Positions 1 to 9,593 of a stretch of 64,000 nt of DNA are shown piece by piece. Position numbers and translations under genes: made by a program. The notes below the pieces were generated by a model. The model did no database searches. It had not been told where the DNA came from and saw nothing but the letters and a program-made list of their open reading frames with translations. Location: positions 913 to 64,912 of the forward strand of contig DAHXON010000009.1 of the NCBI GenBank assembly GCA_027364875.1. Reading direction: 5' to 3'. How positions within the stretch are numbered: the stretch's first letter is position 1; each line of letters opens with the position of its first letter. The stretch is from Chloroflexota bacterium (GTDB taxonomy: Bacteria; Chloroflexota; Limnocylindria; Limnocylindrales; CSP1-4).

Positions 1-1
1 G

Positions 2-199
2 GACGACCCGCTCTGGATGTTCACCGTGGAGGTCACCCTGGCGGGCCAGACGCCCTTCCCGGCCGTCTTCGGCCACCGCGTCCCCAGGGAAAAGGCGGCC
101 CTGATAGGGCCCGGAACGAGGCTCGCGGTCGCAGTAAACCCGGCCAACCGCAATCAGGAAGTCGCGATCGACTGGAACCAGTCGCCCATGATCTCCTAG
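2..199 (+). CDS. C-terminal fragment of a hypothetical protein (5' end outside window)
   Basis: Frame open from the window edge to TAG at 197-199; tail ...VAVNPANRNQEVAIDWNQSPMIS; no family recognised. Confidence 0.3.
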   Translation, partial: DDPLWMFTVEVTLAGQTPFPAVFGHRVPREKAALIGPGTRLAVAVNPANRNQEVAIDWNQSPMIS

Positions 200-217
200 G
201 AGTCCGTGGCCAGCGGC

Positions 218-664
218 CTACCAGGGCTCGCCGTCGCGGTCGAGGGAGGTCGGGGGCGCGGAGTCCGCCGCGTTCGCCGGTTCGGCCTCGAGCTCGGGCG
301 CGATCTCAGTACCCGAGCCGATGAGCCCGGGTTCCGCCTCGAGCGGGGCGAACTCCACGACGATCGCCCGCATGGGAGTGAAATCGGTCCAGGCGGCGTG
401 GACCAGGTCCGGCGGCCAGACGACCGCATCGCCGGCCGAGACCCGCGCCGTCTCGTCGCCGACGCTCACGAATCCGCCACCCTCGATGACCAGGAAGTAG
501 GTCAGGTTCGGGTTGGAATGTGGCGAGATCGAGCCGCCGCGCTCGAGGGCAAGCTCGGCGACGACACCGCGCTCGTCCGAATGAATCGCCCGACCCTGCA
601 CTCCCCGCGTGCCGGGCGGCCCGTCGGGGCGTCGATGTCCGGTTCCGAAGCGGCGGATCTCCAT
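218..664 (-). CDS. cupin domain protein
   Basis: 148 aa, ATG start; cupin-like core ...ISPHSNPNLTYFLVIEGGGFVSVGDETARVSAGDAVVWPPDLVHA...; balanced composition unlike overlapping Arg-rich frames. Confidence 0.7.
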   Translation of the reverse strand: MEIRRFGTGHRRPDGPPGTRGVQGRAIHSDERGVVAELALERGGSISPHSNPNLTYFLVIEGGGFVSVGDETARVSAGDAVVWPPDLVHAAWTDFTPMRAIVVEFAPLEAEPGLIGSGTEIAPELEAEPANAADSAPPTSLDRDGEPW

Positions 665-757
665 GACAACCTGCCTGGCGAGGCCAGGAAACCTGTCGAC
701 CGGGCGCCGGGAAGCCCGGACGCGCCGCCGAGTGCCGCGGAGCCCCGCGACGGGAGC

Positions 758-1207
758 CTAGCGGCGACGGCGCTTGACCTGCTTGGCGGGAGCGGCCTTG
801 GAGCGGATCGTGGCCTCAGGATGAGCGGTCCGGCTCCGCTGGAAGTAGCGCTGGCGGGCGAGCCGCTCCTCATAAGCCTCGATGAGCGGCGGGAAATGGA
901 TGAAGCGGATCCAGATGTAGAGCGCGGCGCCGCCGACCATCGTCGGCAGCACGAAGATGAAGTCGAAGCTGAAGAGCGTGAACAGCAGAACCAGGCTGGC
1001 CACGCCGACAGAGGTCCAGAGCAGCCATTCGTTGAGGTCCAGGAAGACCGCGTACGAGCGCAGGCGATGGTTCTGGAAGTTGTACAGCACGATGCCGAGG
1101 ACGAGGATCGCCAACGCCGTCATCCAGGTGAATTGCCAGATCGCCGGGAAGTTGGTGTCGTTGAAGCCGATCAGCAGCATGTCGAGCTGGTTCCACGGGC
1201 CGTTCAC
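758..1207 (-). CDS. small integral membrane protein, function unknown
   Basis: 149 aa, GTG start; three to four hydrophobic helices (ALAILVLGIVLY, LLWTSVGVASLVLLFTLFSF, IFVLPTMVGGAALYIWI) and a basic C-tail. Confidence 0.6.
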   Translation of the reverse strand: MNGPWNQLDMLLIGFNDTNFPAIWQFTWMTALAILVLGIVLYNFQNHRLRSYAVFLDLNEWLLWTSVGVASLVLLFTLFSFDFIFVLPTMVGGAALYIWIRFIHFPPLIEAYEERLARQRYFQRSRTAHPEATIRSKAAPAKQVKRRRR

Positions 1208-1529
1208 GCGGACCCTCCGAGTGCGTCAATGGTTGCGGTCCAAGGACCTTGGTTGATTGCTCATCACGACCGCGGATCGGTCTCGGCGCGGTGGCCGGGA
1301 CACGACCGCTGGCGGGGCGCGTTGCGCACCCGCTGATTTCGCGTCTAGGGAGTATGCCACGACCGGGCGTTATACTCGCCCCGATCCGGCACGCCGAGCC
1401 AGACAGGCGTGAGCGCGGCCTCGTTTCGGACCGATCTGGGACGCGACTCGGTACGAAAACGGCCGTCCAGCTTGCGGTGCAGCTCATCCGAGCAGCCGGG
1501 AAACGTCAGGCGTCAGGGAGGTAGGCCTG

Positions 1530-3077
1530 GTGCGAGCCCTGCTCTCGGTGGCCAGCCGCGAGGGCATCGGTCCGTTCGCCCGGGACCTGCTCGCGCTCGG
1601 AGTGGAGGTCTTCGCCACCGACGGCACTCGCGAGGCGCTCGGGGCCGAGGGGATCGAGGTCCGCTCGGTGTCCGAGCTGACCGGCACCGAGCCGATCGCG
1701 GGCGGCCAGGTCAAGACGCTCCACCCGGTCATCTACGCGGGCATCCTGTCCCGCCGCGACCAGCCCGACCAACTCGCCGAGCTGGACGCCCAGGGGATCG
1801 GCCTGATCGACCTCGTGGCCGTCAACGTCAGCGCCTTCGCCCCGCAGGTTGGCCGGCGCCTCGTGCCCATCGACGAGGCGATCGAGATGGTGGACGTAGG
1901 CGGGGCGGCGCTCCTCATGGCCGCCGCCCGCAACTACGCCGCGGTGGCCGCAGTCGCCAACCCGGCCCGCTACCCGCAGGTCGTGGCGGACATCCGCCAG
2001 CGCGGCTCCGTATCGGCCGAGCTCCGCCAGCGCCTGGCCGCCGAGGCGTACAGCGTCGTTGCCGCGTACCACGCCGAGATCGCGGCGTACCTCTCCAACG
2101 CCGCCGGCGACGCCTTCCCGAGCCGCCTGGCGATGGTCCTCGAGAAGGTCGCGGACCTGCGCTACGGCGAGAACCCCACCCAGCACGCCGCCTTCTATCG
2201 CGAAACCACCCACCGTGCCGGAACCCTCGCCGACGCGAAGATCATCCAGGGCAACCGGCCCTCGTTCAACGACCTTCTCGATCTCGACGCCGCCTACGCG
2301 ATCGCCATGGACTTCACGGCGCCTACCGTGACGATCGTCAAGCACACCGATCCGGTCGGCGTCGCGTCCGCGGACGAGCTCGTCGAAGCCTGCCGCCGCG
2401 CCCTCGAGACGGACCCGGTGTCGTGCTTCGGCGGAATCGTCGGCGTCAACCGCGAGCTGGACGGGGCAACCGCGCGCGAAATCGCGTCCAACTCTTACGA
2501 AGCCGTCGTCGCGCCGTCGTACAGCCAGGCCGCGATCGGGATTCTCGCCCAGAAGCCGCAGCTGGCTCTGCTGGTGGTCCCGCCAAACCCGATCGAAGGC
2601 CCGGACGACTACGGCATCGCCCAGCTCGACTTCAAGCGCATCGCCGGCGGACTGCTGGTGGAGACCAAGGACGAGCTCGGCCTGGACAAGACGCAGCTCC
2701 AGGTGGTGACGAAGCGACGGCCCACGCTCGAGGAGCTGACGGACCTGCTCTTCGCCTGGCGGACCGTCCGCCACGTCCGATCGAACGCCATCATCCTCGC
2801 CAGAGGCGGCGCGACGGTCGGCATCGGCGCGGCCCAGGCCAGCCGGGCGACGGCGGTGGAGATCGCGCTCCACCGCGCCAACGATCGGGCCAAGCTCGCG
2901 GTCATGGCCAGCGACGCCTACTTCCCGTTCCCCGACGGCATCCAGATGGCGGCGCTGGCCGGGGTGACGGCGATCATCCAGCCGGGCGGCTCGATCCGCG
3001 ACGAGATGGCCATCGAGGTCGCCAACCGCCACCACATGGCCATGGTCTTCACGGGACGGCGCCACTTCCGCCACTAA
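1530..3077 (+). CDS. purH: bifunctional AICAR transformylase / IMP cyclohydrolase
   Basis: 515 aa, GTG start; MGS-like N-domain with GGQVKTLHPVIYAGIL, full-length PurH-like C-domain ending ...MVFTGRRHFRH. Confidence 0.95.
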   Translation: MRALLSVASREGIGPFARDLLALGVEVFATDGTREALGAEGIEVRSVSELTGTEPIAGGQVKTLHPVIYAGILSRRDQPDQLAELDAQGIGLIDLVAVNVSAFAPQVGRRLVPIDEAIEMVDVGGAALLMAAARNYAAVAAVANPARYPQVVADIRQRGSVSAELRQRLAAEAYSVVAAYHAEIAAYLSNAAGDAFPSRLAMVLEKVADLRYGENPTQHAAFYRETTHRAGTLADAKIIQGNRPSFNDLLDLDAAYAIAMDFTAPTVTIVKHTDPVGVASADELVEACRRALETDPVSCFGGIVGVNRELDGATAREIASNSYEAVVAPSYSQAAIGILAQKPQLALLVVPPNPIEGPDDYGIAQLDFKRIAGGLLVETKDELGLDKTQLQVVTKRRPTLEELTDLLFAWRTVRHVRSNAIILARGGATVGIGAAQASRATAVEIALHRANDRAKLAVMASDAYFPFPDGIQMAALAGVTAIIQPGGSIRDEMAIEVANRHHMAMVFTGRRHFRH

Positions 3078-3313
3078 CGCGCCGGATCCGCCGGGTTCGC
3101 TCGGCCGCCCTCTCGCCCCTCTGACTTTGGAATCCTTAGTGATCCGGCCTGAGCGTCGGTGCGTATAGGTGAATGGACAGCCGTGCCGGCCCACTCGGAC
3201 CGGTCCGACCGGTCGGAGGATAGGGAGCCCGGGCAACCGGGCGAGGGAACGTGGCAGGGCGGCATTGCGGCGAGCCCAGAGTCGCCGGCAAGGGGATTGC
3301 CGCCCAAGCCACG

Positions 3314-3934
3314 CTAGCGGGGGGCAGCAGTCGTCGGCAGTTCGGTCCAGTAGCCGGCCGCCCGATCCCAGCGCGCGATCCGGCGCACGGCGGAGGGGCC
3401 TTCTACCGTCTCCTGGCGCGTCCGAGCCTGTTCGACGGTCTCATTCCAACCCGGCGGGATCAGCGCCGGGGCGATATCCGACAGCGGTGCCAGGACGAAC
3501 AGCCGGGCGTGGGCCTTGGGATGCGGCACCTCGAGAAACCTGGTGACCTTGGCGGGGTCGAGAGAGCGTCCCTGCTCCGGCCTCTCCACGGATAGCTGCT
3601 CGCCGCCGAAGATCAGCAGATCCAGATCCAGCTCGCGCGGCCCGTACCTGCCACGGGCCACACGTCCGAACGCGCGCTCGATGGACTTGAGCGCGAGCAG
3701 CAACGCGATGGCGCCGCTTCCGCCCACCGGCCCGGCCGGGACGTCCAGGGCGGCGACCGCGTTGTGGAAATCGGGCTGGTCGCTCACCTCTACCGGAGCG
3801 GTGATGTAGAGGTCGGAGACGCCGACGAGTGTTGTCTCCGGCATCGCGGCCAGGGCGTGGACCGCGGCAGCCAGGGTGGCTCGGGCGTCGCCGAGATTCG
3901 CCCCGAGACCTATATATGTGCGTACGCTTACCAC
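3314..3934 (-). CDS. folK: 2-amino-4-hydroxy-6-hydroxymethyldihydropteridine pyrophosphokinase (HPPK)
   Basis: 206 aa, GTG start; YIGLGANLGD N-terminus, RELDLDLLIFG and VPHP motifs typical of HPPK; has a C-terminal extension. Confidence 0.85.
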   Translation of the reverse strand: MVSVRTYIGLGANLGDARATLAAAVHALAAMPETTLVGVSDLYITAPVEVSDQPDFHNAVAALDVPAGPVGGSGAIALLLALKSIERAFGRVARGRYGPRELDLDLLIFGGEQLSVERPEQGRSLDPAKVTRFLEVPHPKAHARLFVLAPLSDIAPALIPPGWNETVEQARTRQETVEGPSAVRRIARWDRAAGYWTELPTTAAPR

Positions 3935-3983
3935 TTCGCCACTCTACACAAGGTCGCCCGCGCCGTGCCAGGCTCCCCGGCCA

Positions 3984-5576
3984 TCAGAACCCCCCGCCCG
4001 CGGGCAGGAACGCGACGACCACGTAGTCGCCCGCGGGGTCCGAGTGATAACTCACGCCGACCAATCCGTCGGGAGCGGCCCTCCACTCAAGCCATCCCTG
4101 GAAGTCGGGCGAACCATCCACGTATACGCGCCTTGCCAGGCCCGTCTCGTCGAGCAGAAGCATCGCGTTGCCCGCGGCCACGCCGACCAGGCCCAGGCCG
4201 TCGGGGGCGTGCGTGTACACCAGCAAGTAGGAGGGCGGAGTACCCAAATCCACAGGCCAGCCGGGCAGGGGGAGACCCGAAGCGTCGTAGGCCAGAATCC
4301 TGGTCGAGGACTGGACGTACGTGACGTCGTAGTCGCCGATCAGTGGCCACCCGGGCGGCATCATGTCGACCGGCGTCCCCGGCACGGCCGGAGTTGGATC
4401 CAGCGGGACGGGCCAGCCCGGGCGCGTCCGACCGTCGGGCTCCAGTACCGTCAGAAGCTTGTTGCCGTTCGGCTCGATAGACGACATGTGGAGTGCCCCG
4501 TCCGCGCCGAACGACGGCGGCGAGGCCGCGCCGGCAATGCTCCTGGGCCACCCGGGCTTCGCCGCCCCATCGTGGTCGAGGATTGCGAGGCGGGTGCGGC
4601 CACAAGCATCGGCTCCGGCCGCCTCGCAGCTCTGGCCGACCAGCGTCCCGTCGGCTGCCTGAGTCAGCTGGTCCCAGCACGGCGGTCTGTCGGTCGCCAT
4701 CTCATGCCCGGACACGTCCAGGACATGGATCGCGCAGACCTTGTGCGTGGTGTAGGAGGTCAGGATCGTGCCGTCGTCGCGGACGATGAAGACTGGCGCC
4801 TGGCCGTTGAACGGCTCGTTTCCGAGCTGCCACTCGGCCGTCGTGGCACCCCGGTCGCCGATCCATGTCACCCGGTAGATGGGGGACCCGCCGGCCGGCG
4901 GATAGACCGGCACCACGATGAACACGCTCGATGCGGGTCCCGGCACCAGCAAGGCGTGGTCCGAGCTTGCGAGCGGGTAGTGGAATCGAGGCTGGTGATT
5001 GCGGGTGAAGGCCCAGAGGGCAGCCGTCCCGTCCATGGCCGTCGAGACGCCGTACGCCGACCCGTCCGGCCCGAACGCCTCCGGCACGAGGTAGTCGCCG
5101 TCGGGCAGTCGCATCCAGTCCGGCTCGATTTGTCCATGAGCATCGATCGGCGCCGCTCCACGAATATGAACCGTGCCATCGGGACCTATCGGACCCGGAT
5201 AGAGGATCCTCCCGGTTTCGATCGTGTAGAGCTTCACGGCCCAGCCGCCATCCGGGACGGCCAGAGGGACCGGGGTCGGCGTCGGGGAGACGGGAGTAGC
5301 GGTCGGCGTGGAGACGGCGGCGAGCGGGCTCGCGCTGGGCGATCCGTGGGTCGCGGCCGCTCGGGGCTGGCTGAACGACCAGACGGCCGCCAGGGCGAGC
5401 GCTCCGGAGCCGACGACCGCGAGGGTCCGGCGGTGCCGGGACGGAATAGAGCGGCGGACGATCTTCTTCCCGCCGGGCCGGACGAGGTCCCGCTCGCCGA
5501 AGTCCACGATCCTTATCTCGTCCGGCGCGAGCCCGTATACCGGAAGCTCGGGCTCTATCTCCTTGAGTCTGCGCAT
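3984..5576 (-). CDS. membrane-anchored extracytoplasmic protein with repeated PGWP (propeller-like) segments
   Basis: 530 aa, ATG start; one TM helix (LAVVGSGALALAAVWSF), Pro/Thr/Ser linker, then beta-rich region with KPGWP, RPGWP, PPGWP and LPGWP recurring every ~35-60 aa. Confidence 0.7.
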   Translation of the reverse strand: MRRLKEIEPELPVYGLAPDEIRIVDFGERDLVRPGGKKIVRRSIPSRHRRTLAVVGSGALALAAVWSFSQPRAAATHGSPSASPLAAVSTPTATPVSPTPTPVPLAVPDGGWAVKLYTIETGRILYPGPIGPDGTVHIRGAAPIDAHGQIEPDWMRLPDGDYLVPEAFGPDGSAYGVSTAMDGTAALWAFTRNHQPRFHYPLASSDHALLVPGPASSVFIVVPVYPPAGGSPIYRVTWIGDRGATTAEWQLGNEPFNGQAPVFIVRDDGTILTSYTTHKVCAIHVLDVSGHEMATDRPPCWDQLTQAADGTLVGQSCEAAGADACGRTRLAILDHDGAAKPGWPRSIAGAASPPSFGADGALHMSSIEPNGNKLLTVLEPDGRTRPGWPVPLDPTPAVPGTPVDMMPPGWPLIGDYDVTYVQSSTRILAYDASGLPLPGWPVDLGTPPSYLLVYTHAPDGLGLVGVAAGNAMLLLDETGLARRVYVDGSPDFQGWLEWRAAPDGLVGVSYHSDPAGDYVVVAFLPAGGGF

Positions 5577-5736
5577 CTATCCCCTCTCCTCGTCGCAGAA
5601 CGCCGCCGGTTGAGTGCCTCCGGCGCCACCTCAACGCTCCGCCCCGCACTTCCTGCCGAACCGAGCCGCCGGAGGAACTCGCCTGAGACGTTTCCGGTGG
5701 GCCGGGCGTGGCGCGGGCCGCGGCTAGACTCTGGCA

Positions 5737-6894
5737 ATGCGGCCGGTATCGGTTCTGATTTTTCACGCCAACGCGCCGGCGGACGCGGGGCCGAACGTCA
5801 GGGCTCTGGCGGACGCTCGCCACTCCCTGGCGAAACGGCAACTCGGCCGCTGGCTTGCCGCGGGTGCCGACGAGGCGAAGATCGTGGCCGGGCCGCCGGA
5901 CGGATTGTCTTTCGGCGAGAGGCTCGCGGCCGAGGTGCGGGCACTCCGCGGTGGAGGCCCGGAGGGCCTGATCGTTCTGGGTTCGGGAAGTATTCCCCTC
6001 GCCCGGGTCCCGGACCTGCGGCGCTTCGTGGAGGCGGCGAGCGGCCCGGGCGGGCACGCGCTGGCGAACAACCGCTTCTCGGCGGACGTGGTCGCTCTCT
6101 CGCGGGCGTCCGACCTGGCGGGCCTGCCGCCACTCCCCGCGGACAATGCGCTGCCCCGCTGGCTGGAGGAACGGGCCGGGGTGATGGTCACGGACCTGCG
6201 GCGCCACTGGCGGCTCGGCGTGGACGTGGACACTCCGCTGGATCTCATCGTGCTGGGGCTGGCGAATGCGGACGCGCTCCACGGGCTCTCCACGCCGCCA
6301 CTCATCGGCGAGCGGCTGGAGGCCCTCGCCGACGTCCTGGCGAACAAGCGCGCCGAGCTTCTCGTAGCCGGCCGGGTTTCCGCCTCGACCCTGAGCTGGC
6401 TCGAGCACGGGGTCGCCTGCCGGGTTCGGGCCCTGGTCGAGGAGCGAGGCCTCCGGGCCGCCAGCCGGCTCGCCCAGTCGAATCTCGCCGGTTCGAACCG
6501 AGACGAGGCCGAGTCGCGGCCCGAGGGCAAGGCTCACGCGACCGCCTTCTCCGCGTCCCGGCCGCCCCGTTCCGTCCTCGGCGAGCTGCTCGACCGCGAC
6601 GGCCCCGAATCTCTCGCCCGCCACGTCGCCGCCCTCGCGGATGCCGCCGTCATCGACACGCGCGTCCTGATGGCCCACCGGAGTGGCGCCGCGGATTCGG
6701 GCTGGCCGCCGCCCGAAGACAGGTTTGCCTCGGATCTCCTGGACGCGGCCTCCGTCGCCGACCCGTGGCTGGCCGCCCTGACCGCCTCGGCCGCCGGCGC
6801 GCCCCCCGGCCACCCGATCCTGCTCGGCGTCGACGCGCTCGTGAACGGCGGACTCCGCCTGCTCGCGCAGCGGGCTCGTGCGGTGGCTCGATGA
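5737..6894 (+). CDS. hypothetical protein (possible nucleotidyltransferase-like N-domain)
   Basis: 385 aa, ATG start; stop overlaps the next start (ATGA at 6891-6894); LIVLGSGSIPL / NNRFSADVVAL / VDVDTPLDL segments faintly resemble MobA/CofC-type folds, not confirmed. Confidence 0.55.
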   Translation: MRPVSVLIFHANAPADAGPNVRALADARHSLAKRQLGRWLAAGADEAKIVAGPPDGLSFGERLAAEVRALRGGGPEGLIVLGSGSIPLARVPDLRRFVEAASGPGGHALANNRFSADVVALSRASDLAGLPPLPADNALPRWLEERAGVMVTDLRRHWRLGVDVDTPLDLIVLGLANADALHGLSTPPLIGERLEALADVLANKRAELLVAGRVSASTLSWLEHGVACRVRALVEERGLRAASRLAQSNLAGSNRDEAESRPEGKAHATAFSASRPPRSVLGELLDRDGPESLARHVAALADAAVIDTRVLMAHRSGAADSGWPPPEDRFASDLLDAASVADPWLAALTASAAGAPPGHPILLGVDALVNGGLRLLAQRARAVAR

Positions 6895-8105
6895 CGCCCG
6901 ATCCCCGTCAGGCGCCGGTCGAGAGCTCGTCCGCCGAGAGCCCGGCAGAGCTCGCGCGTTCGGCAGAGCTCGTTCGCCTAATCCGTTCGGACATCGAGTC
7001 GTCTCCGGCTCGTCGCATCACGTTCGCCGATTTCATGCGCCGAGCCCTCTACGAGCCCGAGCTCGGCTACTACCGCGGCCCGTCCGCGCGGCCGACCCGG
7101 ACCGGCGACTTCCTGACCGCGCCCGAGACGCATCCCATGTTCGGCTGGACCGTGGCTCGCCGCATCGAGGAGATGTGGTCGGAGCTCGGCCGGCCGGCAC
7201 CGTTCCGGATCGTCGAGTACGGCGCCGGGTCGGGCACGCTGGGGCTCTCGATCCTCGAGGGTTTCCGCCACCACGGCGCCGACGATCTCCTCGAAGCCGT
7301 CCGCTACGAGCCGGTCGAGACGAACCCGTATCGGCTCGCCGACCTGCGCGCCGGGTTCGAGGAGGCCGGTTTCGGCGAACGACTGGACGACGGCAGCCTG
7401 ACGCCAACCGCGACCTCCGGGGCTGCCGCTGCCGGCGGGACCGCCTCGGCCGGGAGCGTGCCCGTCTTCGGGGTTCTCCTTGCCAATGAGTTCCTCGACG
7501 CCCTGCCCGTCCATCGGGTCCTGTTCCGCGATGGCGCCCTGCGCGAGCTGTTCGTCTCGTGGCGCGGCCGATTCGTCGAGGTGGTCGGCGAGCCTTCGAC
7601 TCCCGGACTCGCCGCGCGGCTCGCCGAAGACGGCGTCGCTCTCGCGGAGGGTCAGGTCGCGGAGATCTGCCTGGAGCTGGAGCCATGGCTCGACGAAGCC
7701 GCGGCGCTTCTGGATCGCGGCTTCGGCCTGATCCTCGACTACGGCTACGAGGCCGCCGAGCTGTACGGACCGCGCCATCTGGCCGGCACGCTGCTCGGCT
7801 ACCGGGGCCATCGAGTGGTGGAGGATCCGCTCACCGACCCGGGCTCGATCGACCTCACCGCGCACGTCGACTTCAGCGCGGTAGCGCGACTGGCGGAGCG
7901 GCGCGGGCTGCGGATCGTCTCGACGACCACGCAGTCGGAGTTCCTCGTCGCCGCCGGCCTCGAGCGTGAGTGGCAGTCGTTCCGCGACTCGGCCCGGCTC
8001 GACGCGCCCGAATACCTCGAGGCTCGCTCGGGGATAGTCCGTCTCCTCGACCCTCGCCACCTCGGCGGGTTCCGCGTCCTGACATTGGAGCGGCGGGGCC
8101 CGTAG
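6891..8105 (+). CDS. SAM-dependent methyltransferase, MidA / NDUFAF7 (DUF185) family
   Basis: 404 aa taken from the internal ATG of the 1409-aa composite ORF; ITFADFMRRALYEPELGYY, GDFLTAPE, IVEYGAGSGTL (SAM motif I), ANEFLDALPVH, DLTAHVDFS. Confidence 0.8.
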   Translation: MTPDPRQAPVESSSAESPAELARSAELVRLIRSDIESSPARRITFADFMRRALYEPELGYYRGPSARPTRTGDFLTAPETHPMFGWTVARRIEEMWSELGRPAPFRIVEYGAGSGTLGLSILEGFRHHGADDLLEAVRYEPVETNPYRLADLRAGFEEAGFGERLDDGSLTPTATSGAAAAGGTASAGSVPVFGVLLANEFLDALPVHRVLFRDGALRELFVSWRGRFVEVVGEPSTPGLAARLAEDGVALAEGQVAEICLELEPWLDEAAALLDRGFGLILDYGYEAAELYGPRHLAGTLLGYRGHRVVEDPLTDPGSIDLTAHVDFSAVARLAERRGLRIVSTTTQSEFLVAAGLEREWQSFRDSARLDAPEYLEARSGIVRLLDPRHLGGFRVLTLERRGP

Positions 8106-8111
8106 AGCCGA

Positions 8112-9593
8112 TCAGGCTCGAACGAAGACCACCGCCTGGCCGTCGCGGTACAGCTGCCTCCAGTTCGGCGTTTCGGCCAGCCAGTAGGCGAGCGGATCCG
8201 CGACCGCTATGAACACCATGGTCACCCGGTGTTCGTCGAGGAACGGCCCGGGATCCCGCTGGACCAGGAAGACGTCGACCGTCTCCGTGAACAGACCGTC
8301 CGTGAACGCCTCGGAGGCGCCGTAGAGTCCGGACCGGATCCCCAGTCTCTGGTACAGGTAGCCGGCCCACAGGTACTCATCGAGGACGCGGGCGTCGGGG
8401 TGCGCCGCGACGTACGGCTGAACGGCCTCGGCGGCCGCGACCGGCTGCGTTTGCGTGGTGAGTTGATCCTGAGCGGGTCCGTCCGTGAGCTGTCGCGCGC
8501 TCAACAAGAGGCCGCCCACGAGGACCACGGCGGCGGCCAGGCCCAGCGCGACCGTTGCCGGGCGGCGGAAGGAGCTGGGCTTGTAGCCGGCCCGCTCGAG
8601 CAGAGTTCGGACCCCTTCGACGAGTGCCGGCGCAAGCAGCGCCGTGCCGATCAATGCCAGTAGGAGATCGTATCTGGCGGACTGGAGCGTCATCAGCAGC
8701 AAGCCGGCGGCGACCAGCAGGCCGCGCAGATCGAGGCGCCGGGCGCCGAACGGCAGGATCGCCGGCAGAGCGACGATGAAGAGCTGGAGGCCGCGGTCCG
8801 CCGATGCCTGGAAGTCAGGAGAGCGCCATTCCTGGACCAGGCTCTGCATGGCCGGCGAGAAGACCGTCTGGAAGGGGAACGTGTAGGCCGCCGGGCCATA
8901 CGGATTGAGAACGGGCGCGACCGCGGACACGAGCAGGACGAGGACGAAGAACCGATCCGGCATCCGCCGCCGCTCGAAGACGTCGCCCACGACCAGGCCG
9001 CCGATCAAGAGAAAGGCGAGCAGAACCGAGCCCAGATGGGTGTTGGCCCAGAGGACCAGCACGACGGGCAACAGCCAGATGAGGCGCCGTTCGCCACCGA
9101 TCAGATAGCCGAGCGTGATCCGCACGACCGCCAATCCCCACAGGACGGTGAACAGCTGGAGCCGCGGCCCCCACGCCGGCGATGCCACGATGGAAGCCAC
9201 GAGCATGAGAACGGCAATCTCGATGGGTCGTCGCGCGGGGCCGAGCGTCAACCGGCAGAGGCTGATGAACAGCGCCCATATAGCCAGAATCACGACACCG
9301 AAGAACCAGACCGACCCGAGGGGACCGAATCGCGACAGGACGGCCAGAATGACCTCGCCGAGCCACTCCTGGCTGATCCAGGTCGGTTTGTCGGCCAGCC
9401 ATGAGATCCATTGCTCGTGGGGCACGGCCCTGTGATCGAGGATCCAGTTGCCGACGGTCACGTGCCACCAGTAGTCCCCGTCGGACTGGAGGATCGAGAG
9501 AGGTCGGAGCACGGCCAGGGTGGCGGTCGCCACGGCGAGCGAGGTGAGCGCGTCGGGCCAATGGATGCGCTCGAGTGACAGGCGAACCTTCAA
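8112..9593 (-). CDS. polytopic integral membrane protein, possibly GT-C-like glycosyltransferase
   Basis: 493 aa, TTG start; more than 10 predicted TM helices; first loop SDGDYWWHVTVGNWILDH...; functional assignment is pattern-level only. Confidence 0.6.
   Translation of the reverse strand: MKVRLSLERIHWPDALTSLAVATATLAVLRPLSILQSDGDYWWHVTVGNWILDHRAVPHEQWISWLADKPTWISQEWLGEVILAVLSRFGPLGSVWFFGVVILAIWALFISLCRLTLGPARRPIEIAVLMLVASIVASPAWGPRLQLFTVLWGLAVVRITLGYLIGGERRLIWLLPVVLVLWANTHLGSVLLAFLLIGGLVVGDVFERRRMPDRFFVLVLLVSAVAPVLNPYGPAAYTFPFQTVFSPAMQSLVQEWRSPDFQASADRGLQLFIVALPAILPFGARRLDLRGLLVAAGLLLMTLQSARYDLLLALIGTALLAPALVEGVRTLLERAGYKPSSFRRPATVALGLAAAVVLVGGLLLSARQLTDGPAQDQLTTQTQPVAAAEAVQPYVAAHPDARVLDEYLWAGYLYQRLGIRSGLYGASEAFTDGLFTETVDVFLVQRDPGPFLDEHRVTMVFIAVADPLAYWLAETPNWRQLYRDGQAVVFVRA

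Noticed and set aside
1409-3236. 571-aa (+) and 576-aa (-) ORFs overlapping purH
   Set aside because: Extreme Arg/Gly/Pro/Asp composition with no recognisable motifs. purH in the third frame explains the region completely.
6486-6502. GGTTCGAACC, resembling a tRNA T-loop
   Set aside because: It is just a short palindrome inside a CDS. No acceptor, D or anticodon arms can be built around it, and no tRNA genes were found in the window.
3876-8105. 1409-aa plus-strand ORF
   Set aside because: Only the last 404 codons (from the ATG at 6891) look like a real protein (MidA family). The upstream ~1000 codons are Arg/Gly/Pro-rich, overlap the credible minus-strand gene 3984-5576 and the plus-strand gene 5737-6894 in other frames, and are a GC-bias artefact.
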